Shown here piece after piece: positions 28,997 through 42,225 of a DNA stretch of 64,000 nucleotides. How positions within the stretch are numbered: the stretch's first letter is position 1; each line of letters starts with the position of its first letter. The stretch spans positions 11,222,001 to 11,286,000 of the forward strand of contig OZ024759.1 in assembly GCA_964016885.1 (NCBI GenBank), read 5' to 3'. Under the pieces are notes generated by a model that saw only the letters and a list, made by a program, of their open reading frames with translations, was not told where the DNA came from and did not search any database. This DNA comes from Eledone cirrhosa (lineage: Eukaryota). Position numbers and translations under genes: made by a program.

Positions 28997-29255
28997 TTGA
29001 GATGTGTTTTCCTATCTATTGATATGTTACTGATTTAAGTTGGTGTTAACATCACTGACCAATACTCATATTAATAGTTTTGCTATCATAGCAGTTCTAT
29101 GGAGTGGGAGACAGTATTGTTTCTGGCATTAGTGACTGTAAGTAGGCTACAGTATCAAATTACCAGAGGGGTCATTTATTTTTTAGAATGGCTTGAATGA
29201 ACTATCAGTTTTTTATTTTTTATTTTGTTGATCAATTGCTTATTGATTAGGTGAG

Positions 29256-29368
29256 ACCTACTGATGAAGCCACATGCGCCAATTGTGCATTGTTGCATAA
29301 TAAATGCAGACAGAAGATGCTGTGCACTCTCTTGCTGCATTAAGTGTGGTTGAAACTCTAGTACGGGT
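29256..29368 (+). ncRNA. Type I hammerhead ribozyme with extended stem II
   Basis: ACCTA-CTGATGA-AGCCACA...TGTGGTT-GAAAC-TCTA-GTA-CGGGT. Confidence 0.65.
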
Positions 29369-29514
29369 ATAGATTTATGGTACCCATGTACGTGTGTTGT
29401 ATTGAAGCAAATAACTTTGTGTCTACTCTGGGATTTTTACATAACTTTACCTACTGAGTACGCTGAGATCCAACTGGTACTAGCAGGGAAACCTTATGCT
29501 AATCCCATCAACTT

Positions 29515-29552
<38 letters not shown>

Positions 29553-29579
29553 ATATATATAAGGTGATTCAGTAGATTT

Positions 29580-31590
29580 GTTGTTTACTGAAGAAGGTAT
29601 CAATATTAGCTACTCTATAGCAGCACCTCTGTACAAAGTTTGCACTGTCCTCACAAGCCATTCCTCAACACCTAGTTTCCTTAGGGACCACCAGATGACA
29701 GATTGGGGTACCCTATCAAAGGCCTTCTCTAGGTCAACAAAGGCTAAGTATAGTGGCTTATTCTTCTCTAAGAACCTCTCTTGTCTCATCAAGAAGAGGG
29801 CATCTGTTGTACTTTTTCCAGGCACAAAACCAAACTGCATCTCATCTAGTTTGACCCTTTCTCTAATTAGTTGTGCTAATATCCTTTCTGCCACTTTCAT
29901 AACCTGATCCATCAGTTTTATACCCCTATAATTGCTCCTCTCCAGAGCATCCCCTTTACCTTTGTAGAAATTTATGAGAATACTGCTGCACCAGTCTTTG
30001 GGTATGACACCACCATATATAGCCTGATTGATGATGCGTGCAACCAGTTTAGTGCCTATGTCCCCTGATGCCTTCAGCATCTCAGTAACTAACCCTGATG
30101 GTCCAGCAGCCTTACCATTTTTCATTTCTTTAATCGCCTCTTGGATCCTATATTTGTCAATCTCAATAGCTGGTCCCTCCGTCGGAGCTACTGAGGGTAA
30201 TCTCTCTCTCTCATAATGACATTTTCAGGCCTCCTTTTTCTGATCATTCGTGACACTAAGTACACCGGCATCATTCCGGACACATTTATCTCCAACAACA
30301 TCTTGATCTGCATTGACACATTGCCTTGCAATGTGGAACACCACACGCCTCTGATCTTCCCGTCACAGAACATTGGTAAACCTCCTACTCTCAGCCTCCC
30401 TGCGTGTTAAGTACACTTGACGTCTAGCTTCTCTCTTAGCGGCTGTATATCCTTCTCTACTCCTACCCTTTTTCCAAGCCTTCCATGCTAGTCTTTTGTC
30501 TCTAATGGCCCTATCTACTGTGCTGTTCCACCACCAGGTCACTCTCTGTCTGGTTGGAGCTCTGCTCCAGCCACAAGTTTTATCAGTAGCCTGCAGTAAG
30601 TTGTCACGTAAGAAATTCCAGTTATCTATGTCATACGACTCTAAATCGTCTTCTTTTTCGTCATACACATCTTGAAGGGCTTTCCTATATTTGTATTTTA
30701 GTGAAAGGTCTTTTAGCTTCCAGACCTTTCTTCTTCACACCTTCCTGTATGTCTCATTCCATCTCTTGCTTACTGAGATATCACTAACGACTAACCTATG
30801 CTGTTGTGGACATTCTTCCCCAGGGTATCCCTTGGTATTTGACACCATCTGCCTGTCCCGCTGCCTAACTAGTAAAAAGTCAATCTGGCTTATGTGCTCG
30901 CCTGATTTGTAGGTTATTAGGTGGTTGGCAGGTTTCTGGAAGTTAGTGTTGCAAATAGTCAGTGTACTTGCGTCACAAAATTCAAGAAGTCTCACTCCTT
31001 CATTTCTTGAGCCGTAACCGTGCCCACCATGTACCCCAGTGTAACCATCCTGGAGCTGTCCGACATGACCATTGAAGTCCCCTGCTAGCATAACGATGTC
31101 TCCGTCCTCTGTCATTGCAGCTGTTTGTAAAAGTTGCTCATAAAAGCAGTCTTTCTCATCTTTGCCTCGGCCTGCTTGGGGAGCATAGGCAGAGATGATT
31201 GTCAGTAGTCTCCTGCCTACAACTAATCTAAGCTTAATTATTCGATTACTAACTCAAACTACCTCTATTGTCTTATTGATCCATCTCTCAGCCAGGAAAA
31301 TGCCTGCTGCCCCTAACCCATCATCCTTACATACCCAGAAAAGCTTATAGCTAAGATGTTTGCCTGCGACTAGTCTTGCAGAGGCACCTCTCCATCTCAA
31401 CTCTTGCACGCAGCACACATCCATATACCTTCTCTCCAGCATCTCCGCTATTTCAGCAGATTTACCTGTGAGAGTGCCAACATTAAGTGTTGCAACTCTG
31501 AGATGCGACGTCTTGATATTTTTGTTGTTCCTATATATTTGTTGCTGTGCTCATAATTGTTTTGGCATTGATACACTGGTTGGATGCCCT

Positions 31591-31594
<4 letters not shown>
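29580..31594 (-). pseudogene. Decayed RTE-clade LINE: 5' UTR part, APE endonuclease, N-terminal half of RT
   Basis: VATLNVGTL, CCVQELRW, SAYAPQ, AGDFNGHVG, SQIDFLL; GKAAGPSG, KGKGD...NYRGIKL, QFGFVPGKSTTDA, AFVDLEKAFDRVP; stops and frameshifts; ends before YADD. Confidence 0.93.
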
Positions 31595-31643
<49 letters not shown>

Positions 31644-32199
31644 CCTTTCTGCAGTTTGTGTCTACTGAATTCCACTCAAAAGACATTGGTTAATACAAGG
31701 CTATTTTGTAGAAGACACTTGTCCGAGGTAAACATACCAGAACTGAACCCAGGACCACATATTTGTAAAGAAAACTCATTAATCACTTAGCCAGGTATTG
31801 AAAAAATAAATTCAATATCTATATATGATTGTCCATAAAATTCAATATTTATATATTGTACTTATTGTCGGGCTTGAGTAAATAAGATTTTAGCTCATTG
31901 TTTTCTATTTGTTAAGGTTTGCATTTTCAGGAGGAACCAATTGGTTTGTCTTGTGAGTGAGTGGAAGGCAGCTTCGTTACTCCTTCGTTAGTTCAGCTTT
32001 CATCATTTAGCATTTCAATGGAGATTATTTTATCTTGTCTCATGTCAATAGTGTTGTAAATGGACGAAGGATTGGTCTGCAAGTAGTCAGCTATGAATGT
32101 CAGAAAGATTATTAAATTATCAAGCTCATGGTTTATATCTTCTCGCTGTGGCAATTTAACTACCAGAATTAACAACAATGGTTATCTCAGCATTTCAAT

Positions 32200-32950
32200 G
32201 GCTTCTCTTTCTCTTCCTCACACAATCTCTCCCCCTCTCGCTATCTCTCCCTCTCTCTCTCTCACACTCTCTCTCTCACTCTCTCACACTCTCTCTCTCA
32301 CACTCTCTCTCTCACACTCTCTCTCTCACACTCTCTCTTTCACACTCTCTCTCTCACACTCTCTTTCACACTCTCTCTCTCACACTCTCTCTCTCACACT
32401 CTCTCTCACACACTCTCTCTCTCACACTCTCTCTCACTCACACACACACAGTCTCTCTCTCTTTCTCTCACTCACACAATCTGTTCCTCTCTAGCTATCT
32501 CTCTCTTCCGCACACAATCTCTCCCTTCTCTAGCTCTCTCTCTCTCATTCACTCTCTCTCTCTCTCACTCTCTCTCTCTCTCTCACTCACTCTCTCTCAC
32601 TCACTCTCTCTCTCTCTCTCACACTCTCTCTCTCTCACACTCTCTCTCTCTCACACTCTCTCTCTCTCACTCTCTCTCTCTCACACTCTCTCACACTCTC
32701 TCACTCACACACACTCAGTCTCTCTCTCTTTCTCTCACTCTCACTCACTCTCACACACTCTCTCTCACACACACACTCTCTCTCACTCACACACACTCTC
32801 TCCCTCACTCACACACACTCTCACTCACTCTCTCCCTCACTCACACACACTCAGTCTCTCTCTCTTTCTCTCACTCACACTCACTCTCACACACTCACAC
32901 TCACACACTCTCTCTCTCTCACACACACACTCAGTCTCTCTATCTCTCTC
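32200..32950. repeat. (CT)/(CA) microsatellite
   Basis: Direct. Confidence 0.95.
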
Positions 32951-33299
32951 TGAAGCCTTGTAAGACTACACTAAGTAAATCTGGTATATATCTATAACTG
33001 CCAGGAATTATTAAATGGATGATAGCTTTACCTAAGAATATTTCTGCCATTTAATAGCTTAGGAAAGCTGTTTGGCTTCAGTAGAACCCTTCTATGAGAT
33101 ACAAGAACCCTTCTATGAGATATCACCTCATTGGGAGCCAGATGTAGGGATGAGCTGTAACCCCAAAGTAATTATATTCGTGCCTGGTAGGAGTGGGGTT
33201 CATGTCATTAACTCATTGAAGGCCAGCTAAACCTACAGAGGTATGAACCTTAACAACAATATAATTAGATAGGATGGGGGCTCCTATCATTAACCCTTA

Positions 33300-34480
33300 A
33301 CCATTTACATTACTCTATATATACTATTGTATTGTCACAGTAAAGGCTTTACCTCACATAATACCTCACATAACATTTACATTACTCTATATATACTATT
33401 GTATTGTCACAGTAAAGGCTTTACCTCACATAATATCTCACATAACATTTACATTACTCTATATATACTATTGTATTTTCACAGTAAAGACTTTACCTCA
33501 CATAATATCTCACATAACATTTACATTACTCTATATATACTATTGTATTTTCACAGTAAAGGCTTTTCCTCACATAATATCTCACATAACATTTACATTA
33601 CTCTATATATACTATTGTATTTTCACAGTAAAGGCTTTACCTCACATAATATCTCACATAACATTTACATTACTCTATATATACTATTGTATTTTCACAG
33701 TAAAGTCTTTACCTCACATAATATCTCACATAACATTTACATTACTCTATATATACTATTGTATTTTCACAGTAAAGGCTTTACCTCACATAATATCTCA
33801 CATAACATTTACATTACTCTATATATACTATTATATTTTCACAGTAAAGGCTTTACCTCACATAATATCTCACATAACATTTACATTACTCTATATATAC
33901 TATTATATTTTCACAGTAAAGGCTTTACCTCACATAATATCTCGCATAACATTTACATTACTCTATATATACTATTGTATTGTCACAGTAAAGGCTTTAC
34001 CTCACATAATATCTCACATAACATTTACATTACTCTATATATACTATTGTATTGTCACAGTAAAGGCTTTACCTCACATAATATCTCACATAACATTTAC
34101 ATTACTCTATATATACTATTGTATTGTCACAGTAAAGGCTTTACCTCACATAATATCTCACATGACATTTACATTACTCTATATATACTATTGTATTGTC
34201 ACAGTAAAGACTTTACCTCACATAATATCTCACATAACATTTACATTACTCTATATATACTATTGTATTGTCACAGTAAAGACTTTACCTCACATAATAT
34301 CTCACATAACATTTACATTACTCTATATATACTATTGTATTGTCACAGTAAAGGCTTTACCTCACATAATATCTCACATAACATTTACATTACTCTATAT
34401 ATACTATTGTATTGTCACAGTAAAGACTTTACCTCACATAATATCTCACATAACATTTACATTACTCTATATATACTACT
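33300..34480. repeat. 60-bp satellite, about 20 copies
   Basis: CATTTACATTACTCTATATATACTATTGTATTGTCACAGTAAAGGCTTTACCTCACATAATATCTCACATAA-type unit. Confidence 0.9.
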
Positions 34481-34708
34481 GTAATACAATTGAATATCTG
34501 AGAGGGAAGAACACCGATACAAGTATACATGTGTTCCAATCGTAAATGACCAAGTTAGCAAGGTTGAAAAAATACTAATTTAAAACAATTATTGTTTTAA
34601 ATTAGTATTTTTTCAACCTTGCTAATTTTTTCAACTTGGTCATTTGCAGTTCGAACACATGTATACTTGTATCGGTGTTCATCCTTCTCATATATTCATT
34701 TGTATTAC
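34481..34708. repeat. Imperfect palindrome with arms of about 110 bp
   Basis: GTAATACAA...AATTTAAAACAAT | ATTGTTTTAAATT...TTGTATTAC. Confidence 0.85.
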
Positions 34709-35224
34709 ACGGCTCGGAAAGATTCCCTTCTTTGAGCTATTTAATTGTAAAAGATATTTTGAGTTTCTAACCCAATCTATGATATACTATTGTATAGATT
34801 TTACCTCACATAATTATCTCACATAATATCAAATCTATGAGATTTTGATGTTATTTATTTTGAGAACAAAACCTTAATGTAAGTATGAGTGACCGGTTCC
34901 AGACAGTTTGAACAGTGAGAGAATTCTGGCTGGATATGGCCGGTTTAAATGATAAAGGGTTAAAATGCTCAAGGAACTTCTTAGGTGATATCTCATTGGA
35001 GGTCAGCTAAACCTTCTGAGGTATGAGCTGTCTTCCCACTTATTACTGAGAGGGTTGTGAGGGCAGAGTCCTCCGATATGTTCCCCAGAGTGTCCTACCA
35101 GAAGCATCAGTCACCAAATGGTGAGTATGGTCCCCAAGTGAGGCCAACTGATCTTATAGATGTTACCCAACCATCTCTCTTGTGGTCTACCTCAGAGTCT
35201 GCTACTTTATATGATCTCTTTGGG

Positions 35225-35533
35225 ATATGTGACCTTTGTGGGTGTGACATTAGTGGGTGTGACATTAGTGGGTGTGGCATTTATGGGTGTGGCATTTATG
35301 GGTGTGGCATTAGTGGGTGTGGCATTAGTGGGTGTGGCATTAATGGGTGTGACTTTTGTGGGTGTGACTTTTGTGGGTGTGGCATTAGTGGGTGTGACCT
35401 TTATGGGTGTGGCATTAGTGGGTGTGGCATTTGTGGGTGTGGCATTTGTGGGTGTGACATTTGTGGGTGTGACCTTTGTGGGTGTGGCATTTGTGGGTGT
35501 GGCATTTGTGGGTGTGACATTTGTGGGTGTGAC
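35225..35533. repeat. 15-bp minisatellite TTTGTGGGTGTGGCA, about 20 copies
   Basis: Direct. Confidence 0.95.
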
Positions 35534-35771
35534 CCACATATATATTGTATTGAACTAGACAAATTCAGTTTGTGCTACTATGCTGAAATTTCCCACTCAC
35601 TCATCCTTACGGGGACAATAAAATAAAGTACCAGTAATGTACTGGGGTAATTGCTGGCCTTGTGCCAACAGTAGAAACATTTATTTGGTTACATATTCCT
35701 TGGCGTATATTCCAGTGTACACAGTAAATATATATATGGACTGGGGAGAGATGGGCTCTGCCAAGCTTAAA

Positions 35772-36670
35772 ATATATACACACATATATATATATATACA
35801 CACACATATATAAACACATGTACACACACATATATATATACACACACATATATAAACACGTGTACACACACATATATAAACACATGTACACACATATATA
35901 TATATACACACATATAAACACATGTACACACACATATATATATATACACACACATATATAAACACGTGTACACACTTATATATAAACACATGTACACACA
36001 TATATATAAACACACACATATAAACACATGTACACACACATATATATATATACACACATATATATACACACATATAAACACATGTACACACACACATATA
36101 TAAACACATGTACACACACACACATATATACACACACATATATAAACACATGTACACACACATATATATATATACACACACATATATAAACACATGTACA
36201 CACACATATATATATACACACATATATATAAACACATGTACACACACACATATATATATACACACACATATATAAACACATGTACACACACGTATATATA
36301 TATACACATACATATATAAACACATGTACACACACATATATATATACACACACATATATATATACACACATATAAACACATGTACACACACATATATATA
36401 TACACACACATATATAAACACATGTACACACACATATATATATACACACACATATATAAACACATGTACACACACATATATATATACACACACATATATA
36501 AACACATGTACACACACATATATATATACACACACACATATATAAACACATGTACACACACATATATATACACATGTACACACACATATATATATACACA
36601 CACATATATAAACACATGTACACACACATATATAAACACATGTACACACACACATATATATATGTGTGTG
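35772..36670. repeat. Compound (CA)/(TA) microsatellite with an AAACACATGT unit
   Basis: Direct. Confidence 0.95.
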
Positions 36671-36958
36671 TGCCGTGGTCCGGATTTTACACTCTACATC
36701 TCCCCATGAATTGAGTTCTCCCATATTAGTGGTCTCCTCAGTCTCATCACCACAGACTCCCCCCCCTCTCTCTCTATATATATATATCATCATTATCATC
36801 ATCATCAACGTTTAACGTCCGTGTTCCACGCTTGCATGGGTTTGGACGGGGGTTTTCCCACTTGAGGCAAGAGTGATTGTCTTGCTCGCATAGGACTGTC
36901 TGGCAGGTTTTCTACAGTTGGATGCCCTTCCTAACACCAACCACATTTACAGTGTGGG

Positions 36959-37026
<68 letters not shown>

Positions 37027-37192
37027 CAAATGATTGTTTCTACTTTTTGGCACAAGGCCATCAATTACCCAGTACATTACTAGTACTTTATTTTATCGAC
37101 CCCGTAAGGATGAAAGGCAAAGTTAACCTCGGCGGGTATATATATCAAATAATGGTAGTTAAGACGGGATTGAATCACCATAATTGTTTATT

Positions 37193-37243
37193 GCATAATA
37201 TATATTTCTGTTACATGGTTATTCATGTGACTTCATCAGGTGC
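37193..37243 (-). ncRNA. Minimal type I hammerhead ribozyme
   Basis: Minus: GCAC-CTGATGA-A-GTCACATG/CATGTAAC-A-GAAAT-ATAT-ATT-ATGC, then AATAAA. Confidence 0.65.
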
Positions 37244-37645
37244 TTATGCAATCATAGGTGCAGTTATACAATCATTGAGATATGCCGGTGGCCATGTATG
37301 TCTATCCAGTAGTGAAATGTGTTGTGTATATATATGTGTATATATATATATATATAAATGCATTCAATGTTCAGAGAGTGGGATTGGCCCCGTGCAAAGC
37401 CTTTCTTCACTTAAAAAAGCTTCAAGCAGAGGCACCACTTGATATGTGACATTTTTGTAATGCAAGGCATGGCTGGCCATAGGCAAGTCCCTAGAAACCA
37501 AAAAGCCACGTCCATGATGCCCATGGTTAAGTATCAAGAATGACATTACTCGAAATTGAGTTGCAACCATCATTATATATATCATCATCATTATCATCAT
37601 CATCTTCGTTTAACGTCCATTTTCCACGCTAGCATGGGTTATATA

Positions 37646-37999
37646 TATATTGTTATACTTTGGGAGGGTCATGTTGCCAATAAGAAACACGCGCACCAGT
37701 TGCTTTCACTTCAATTTATTATAATAAATTTATAAATTTAGGAATTTATAAATTTCCGGTTGGAGAGGCACAAAAACAAAGAAAAGAATCCCCAGTCACT
37801 GAAGAGGTCACAGAATGTGTGACGAAAGAACTTTGACAATATATAAACAATCATCTGGTTGTGGAACCAACTAACCAACCAACCAACCGGAAATTTATAA
37901 ATTCCTAAATTTATAAATTTATTATAATAAATTGAAGTGAAAGCAACTGGTGCGAGTGTTTCTTATTGGCAACATGACCCTCCCAAAGTATAACAATAT
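37646..37999 (+). mobile_element. Penelope-like pLTR with inverted copy
   Basis: Inverted arms 37646-37763 and 37883-37999 around a hammerhead; 3' end ATGACCCTCCCAAAGTATAACAAT shared with about 55877-55900. Confidence 0.7.
37795..37837 (+). ncRNA. Minimal type I hammerhead ribozyme
   Basis: GTCA-CTGAAGA-G-GTCACA/TGTGAC-GAAAG-AA-CTT-TGAC. Confidence 0.75.
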
Positions 38000-38071
38000 C
38001 GGTTTCAACACACGTTTTCAGATAAAGAATCTTGCTGAACAAATTCAGAAACGAAATATATATATATGTAT

Positions 38072-38612
38072 AAGTATGAATATTTTCGAAACAGCGAGCG
38101 GGTTTGAAATTATTATAAATGTAAGCTATCGCCGTATTTTGACTAAAGAAATTAAAGAAATTATTTAGCCTGATAGTGGGGTTAAGAACCCTCGGAGAAA
38201 TGGAAAAAAATGAGTATTGACGTACATGGGAGTCGACTCTCCTGTACGCCAATACTCATCTTTTTCCATTTCTCCGAGGGTTCTTAACCCCACTATCAGG
38301 CTAAATAATTTCTTTAGTCAAAATACGGCGATAGCTTATATTTATAATAATTTCAAACCCGCTCGCTGTTTCGAAAATATTCATACTTGACATTACAGTC
38401 GCTAAGTTTATAGCTTCTAATTTGAATGGAAAAAAACGGGTGATGTGTTGGTGTAAATGGTAGCACAGTGGTCTGGATAACCAAAGATGTGGGTTCGACT
38501 CCCATGTACGTCAATACTCATCTTTTTCCATTTCTCTAAGGGTTCTTAACCCCACTATCAGGCTAAGTAATTTCTCTAGTCAAAATACGGCGATAGCTTA
38601 CATTTATAATAA
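38072..38612 (+). mobile_element. Inverted plus tandem (262-bp period) element carrying a tRNA-like gene
   Basis: Palindrome 38072-38388 centred on TCGA at 38233-38236; direct repeat 38233-38350 and 38495-38612; (TA)n on both sides. Confidence 0.75.
38442..38513 (+). tRNA. 72-nt tRNA-like cloverleaf (anticodon position GGA, atypical) with T5 terminator
   Basis: Acceptor GATGTGT/GTACGTC, D GTGT/GCAC, anticodon TGGT-CTGGATA-ACCA, T GTGGG-TTCGACT-CCCAT; TTTTT at 38523. Confidence 0.6.
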
Positions 38613-38628
38613 TAATATATATATATAT

Positions 38629-38968
38629 GGAGGCACATGGCTTAGTGGTTAGAGCATTGGCCTTGCAATCGAAAGGTTGTGAGTTCAATTCTCAGACCGG
38701 TTGATGTGTTGTTTCCTTGAGCAAGACACTTTATTTCACATTGCTCCAGTTTACTCAGCTGTAGAAATGAGATGATAGGGACTGGGGTCCCTATCATTCC
38801 ACTGCAGAGTGGTCGTGTAGGCGCCACGGCAAAAAAGCACCCAGCACTCACTGTAAATGAGGTTGGTGTTAGGAAGGGCATCCAGCTGTAGAAATCAAGC
38901 CAGAATCAGTTCCCGTCCCACCCTTGCAAGCAGGGAAAAGTGGACATAAAATGAAATGATGATGATGA

Positions 38969-38971
<3 letters not shown>
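38629..38971 (+). mobile_element. SINE family A
   Basis: Full-length match to 897-1238. Confidence 0.9.
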
Positions 38972-39015
<44 letters not shown>

Positions 39016-39056
39016 GGGAACAAAGAATCAATATTGCATCATATACATATTTAATG

Positions 39057-39148
39057 ACATATTACAGATGTTTCACTGCTGATCAGCTCAAGGAAGGATC
39101 GAATTATGTTCGTTCCAGACTCTGGAATCGAAAGCTCTTCACATATGT
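39057..39148 (-). ncRNA. Hammerhead-like fold with a C3-to-G core variant
   Basis: Minus: ACATAT-GTGAAGA-branched stem II-GAAAC-ATCT-GTA-ATATGT. Confidence 0.45.
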
Positions 39149-39155
39149 GTTCTCA

Positions 39156-39203
<48 letters not shown>

Positions 39204-39274
39204 TTATATATATTTATATATATATATATATATATATCATCATTTTACGTCCACTTTTCCCTGCTTGCAAGGGT

Positions 39275-39326
<52 letters not shown>

Positions 39327-39511
39327 CTGGACAGGGATGGGCTCTGCCAGGTTTAATATATATATATGTGTGTGTCTTTATATATATATATATATATGTG
39401 TGTGTGTTTGTGTGTATATATATATATATATATATAAATATATATATATATATGTGTGTGTGTTTGTGTATATATATATGTGTGTGTATATATATATATA
39501 TATATACACAA

Positions 39512-39558
<47 letters not shown>

Positions 39559-39973
39559 AACACACACACACACATATATATATACAAACACACACACACA
39601 CACGCTCACACATATACACACACATTTTGCTGTTGTCTTTCCTGATGATTATTCAATCAGATGTTTGTGCTTGGCATTGATTCTTTAATTCATTAGCAGA
39701 GCTTTTAATAATTCTTTCATCTTGATGTGTTGTGTGTTGCAGTAAGAAAGGATAGACTAAATAATAAAAATAACAAAAAAAAGGGAGTTATTTTGAGGTG
39801 TCGATCAATAGGAACATAGACAAATGAAGTTGACATTTACAAACAAAACTGGATAGCAACGGATATAACAACAATAAACAACAACAACAATTGGTAAAAA
39901 CAAACACAAACACAAAATCAAACAACAACAAACAACAACAGCAGCAGAATACATACATACATCTAGTATTCTC

Positions 39974-40817
39974 TGTTGTTGTGGTGGTGGTGGTTGTGGT
40001 TGTGGTTGTGGTGGTTGTGGTTGTGGTGGTTGTGGTAGTTGTGGTGGTGGTGGTAGTTGTGGTGGTTGTGGTGGTGGTGGTAGTTGTGGTGGTTGTGGTT
40101 GTGGTTGTGGTGGTTGTGGTTGTGGTGGTTGTGGTAGTTGTGGTGGTGGTGGTAGTTGTGGTGGTTGTGGTGGTAGTTGTGGTGGTGGTGGTGGTTGTTG
40201 TGGTAGTTGTGGTTGTGGTGGTAGTTGTGGTGGTGGTGGTGGTTGTTGTGGTAGTTGTGGTTGTGGTTGTTGTGGTGGTGGTAGTTGTAGCTGTTATAGT
40301 AGTAGTTGTTGTAGGTATTGTGGTGGTGGTGGTTGTGGTTGTTGTGGTTGTTGTGGTGGTGGTAGTTGTAGTTGTTATAGTAGTAGTAGTAGTTGTTGTT
40401 GTAGGTATTGTGGTGGTGGTGGTAGTTGTTGTAGTAGTATTTGTTGTTGTTGCTGTAATTGTAGTAGTAGTAGTAGTTGTTGTTGTTGTTGTAGTAGTAG
40501 TATTTGTTGTAGTAGTTGTAGTAGTTGCAGTAGTATTTGTTGTAGTAGTTGTTGTTGTAGTAGTAGTAGTTGTAGTAGTAGTAGTTGTTGTAGTAGTAGT
40601 AGTATTTGTTGTAGTAGTTGTTGTAGTAGTAGAAGTAGTAGTTGTTGTAGTAGTAGTTGTAGTAGTTGCTATTGCTGTAGTAGTAGTAGTAGTTGTTATA
40701 GTAGTAGGAGTTGTTGCTGTAGTAGTAGTAGTTGTTGTAGTAGTAGTAGTAGTAGTTGTTATAGTAGTAGTAGTAGTAGTAGTTGTTATAGTAGTAGTAG
40801 TTGTTGCTGTAGTAGTA
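39974..40817. repeat. (GTN)n trinucleotide tract grading from GTG/GTT to GTA
   Basis: Direct; explains the poly-V and poly-T ORFs. Confidence 0.97.
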
Positions 40818-41115
40818 CAGGATAGGTGCACAAAAACGAGAAAAAAATAAAAAATAAAAATGGCAAAAAAACACACCCAAAAATGGAACAACAACCAACA
40901 CTGTTGTTGTTGTTGTTGTTGTACAGGAGAGCTACAACAACCAACACTGGTGTTGTTGTTGTAGTTGTTGTACAGGAGAGCTACAACAAAAGAATCTTTT
41001 AATAAATATCAGAATGTTGATAATTGCATCACAAATGAATTATTTATTAAGCTACAGAGGAAGATAAGTATTTCCTAACATGCAGATCATATTTCCTCAC
41101 AAAGATGATACCTTT

Positions 41116-41186
<71 letters not shown>

Positions 41187-41187
<1 letters not shown>

Positions 41188-42018
41188 TAGCAGCTGAGCC
41201 CAGTTGCACCCGGGGCCACTTTTTATTAAGTTAATAATTTGAAAAATATTAATGAAAATTTATTATAAAGAAGCAGTTTCAGGAAAAAAAATAGAAATAT
41301 GCACTTGGGGCTGGACGGCGTACAATGAGAAGTGGAGGGGCTGGACGGCGTACAATGAGAAGTGGAGGGGCTGGACGGCGTACAATGAGAAGTGGAGCGA
41401 CGTGAAAAGCGTTGTTTATTAACAGCGAAATAGCAATGTCGATGATATGCAATTTGAAAAATACTACTTACTGTTAGTGGTGGTTAACATGTATTAGAAT
41501 TAAAATAAAAACACGCGTCCCTTCTTCGCAATTTAAGGGTTTTATTTCTTTTGATGGAAAACAGTGACCGTACTGCAGAATCGATTTCATAAAACGGTAC
41601 TGTATGATCGTTAAATGTAGAAGGATGATAGTTTATTAACAGCGAAATAGCAATGTCGATGATATGCAAGTTTAAAAATGCATATTATGAAGGTTTGTTT
41701 TCCCGAAACTGCTTCTTTATAATAAACTTTCAATAATATTTTTCAAATTATTGGTACTGTATGTTAACAGCGAAAGAACGTTGATGAGTTTAAAAATTTG
41801 TATGAAATTGTAAATAACTCAGCCAAGTATTAGAACAGGGGGAAATAACTCACCGAACGCGATAGTAAATAGACCGTTTGGAGGCCCTAGGGACCACATT
41901 TTTCAAGTTAGAGATTTTACATAGGTGTGTAAATTTTCATATCCGTCCGACCACGTCTACTACCATTTAACCGTGCACATCTGAATTTCAACCACCACCC
42001 ATTTCACAAATATATATT

Positions 42019-42021
<3 letters not shown>
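41187..42021 (-). mobile_element. Non-autonomous Helitron-like element with an internal inverted repeat and three 30-bp tandem units
   Basis: Minus 5' A^TCTAATATATA, 3' GC-rich hairpin then CTAG^T; inverted repeat about 41234-41290 and 41698-41752. Confidence 0.6.
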
Positions 42022-42056
<35 letters not shown>

Positions 42057-42225
42057 GGGATAACAGATTATTGTTATAGGTAGTCCACTTAGATGTAGTC
42101 CAGTTAGGGTACTCCAGGTAGTGGATGATATCAACGCTTGGCTAAGTTTGACTCAACAAGGCGTTTCCATAGTGATGCTGCGAGTACGCGGTGATTTCTA
42201 TGTTGTTTACACTTGGAGTAATGAT

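Larger units (their letters stand above)
33294..34959. mobile_element. piggyBac-like MITE (family of 5601-5808, reversed) expanded by a 60-bp array and a palindrome
   Basis: TTAA-CCC...AAAGGG-TTAA; both ends match the reverse complement of 5601-5808. Confidence 0.8.

Noticed and set aside
31993-32178. 61-aa unique ORF
   Set aside because: No motif or convincing splice context
35057-35626. Cys-Gly-rich, metallothionein- or keratin-associated-like ORF
   Set aside because: 15-bp minisatellite open in several frames
39788-40901. Mucin-like poly-Thr or poly-Val ORF
   Set aside because: Pure trinucleotide tract with no domain or splice support
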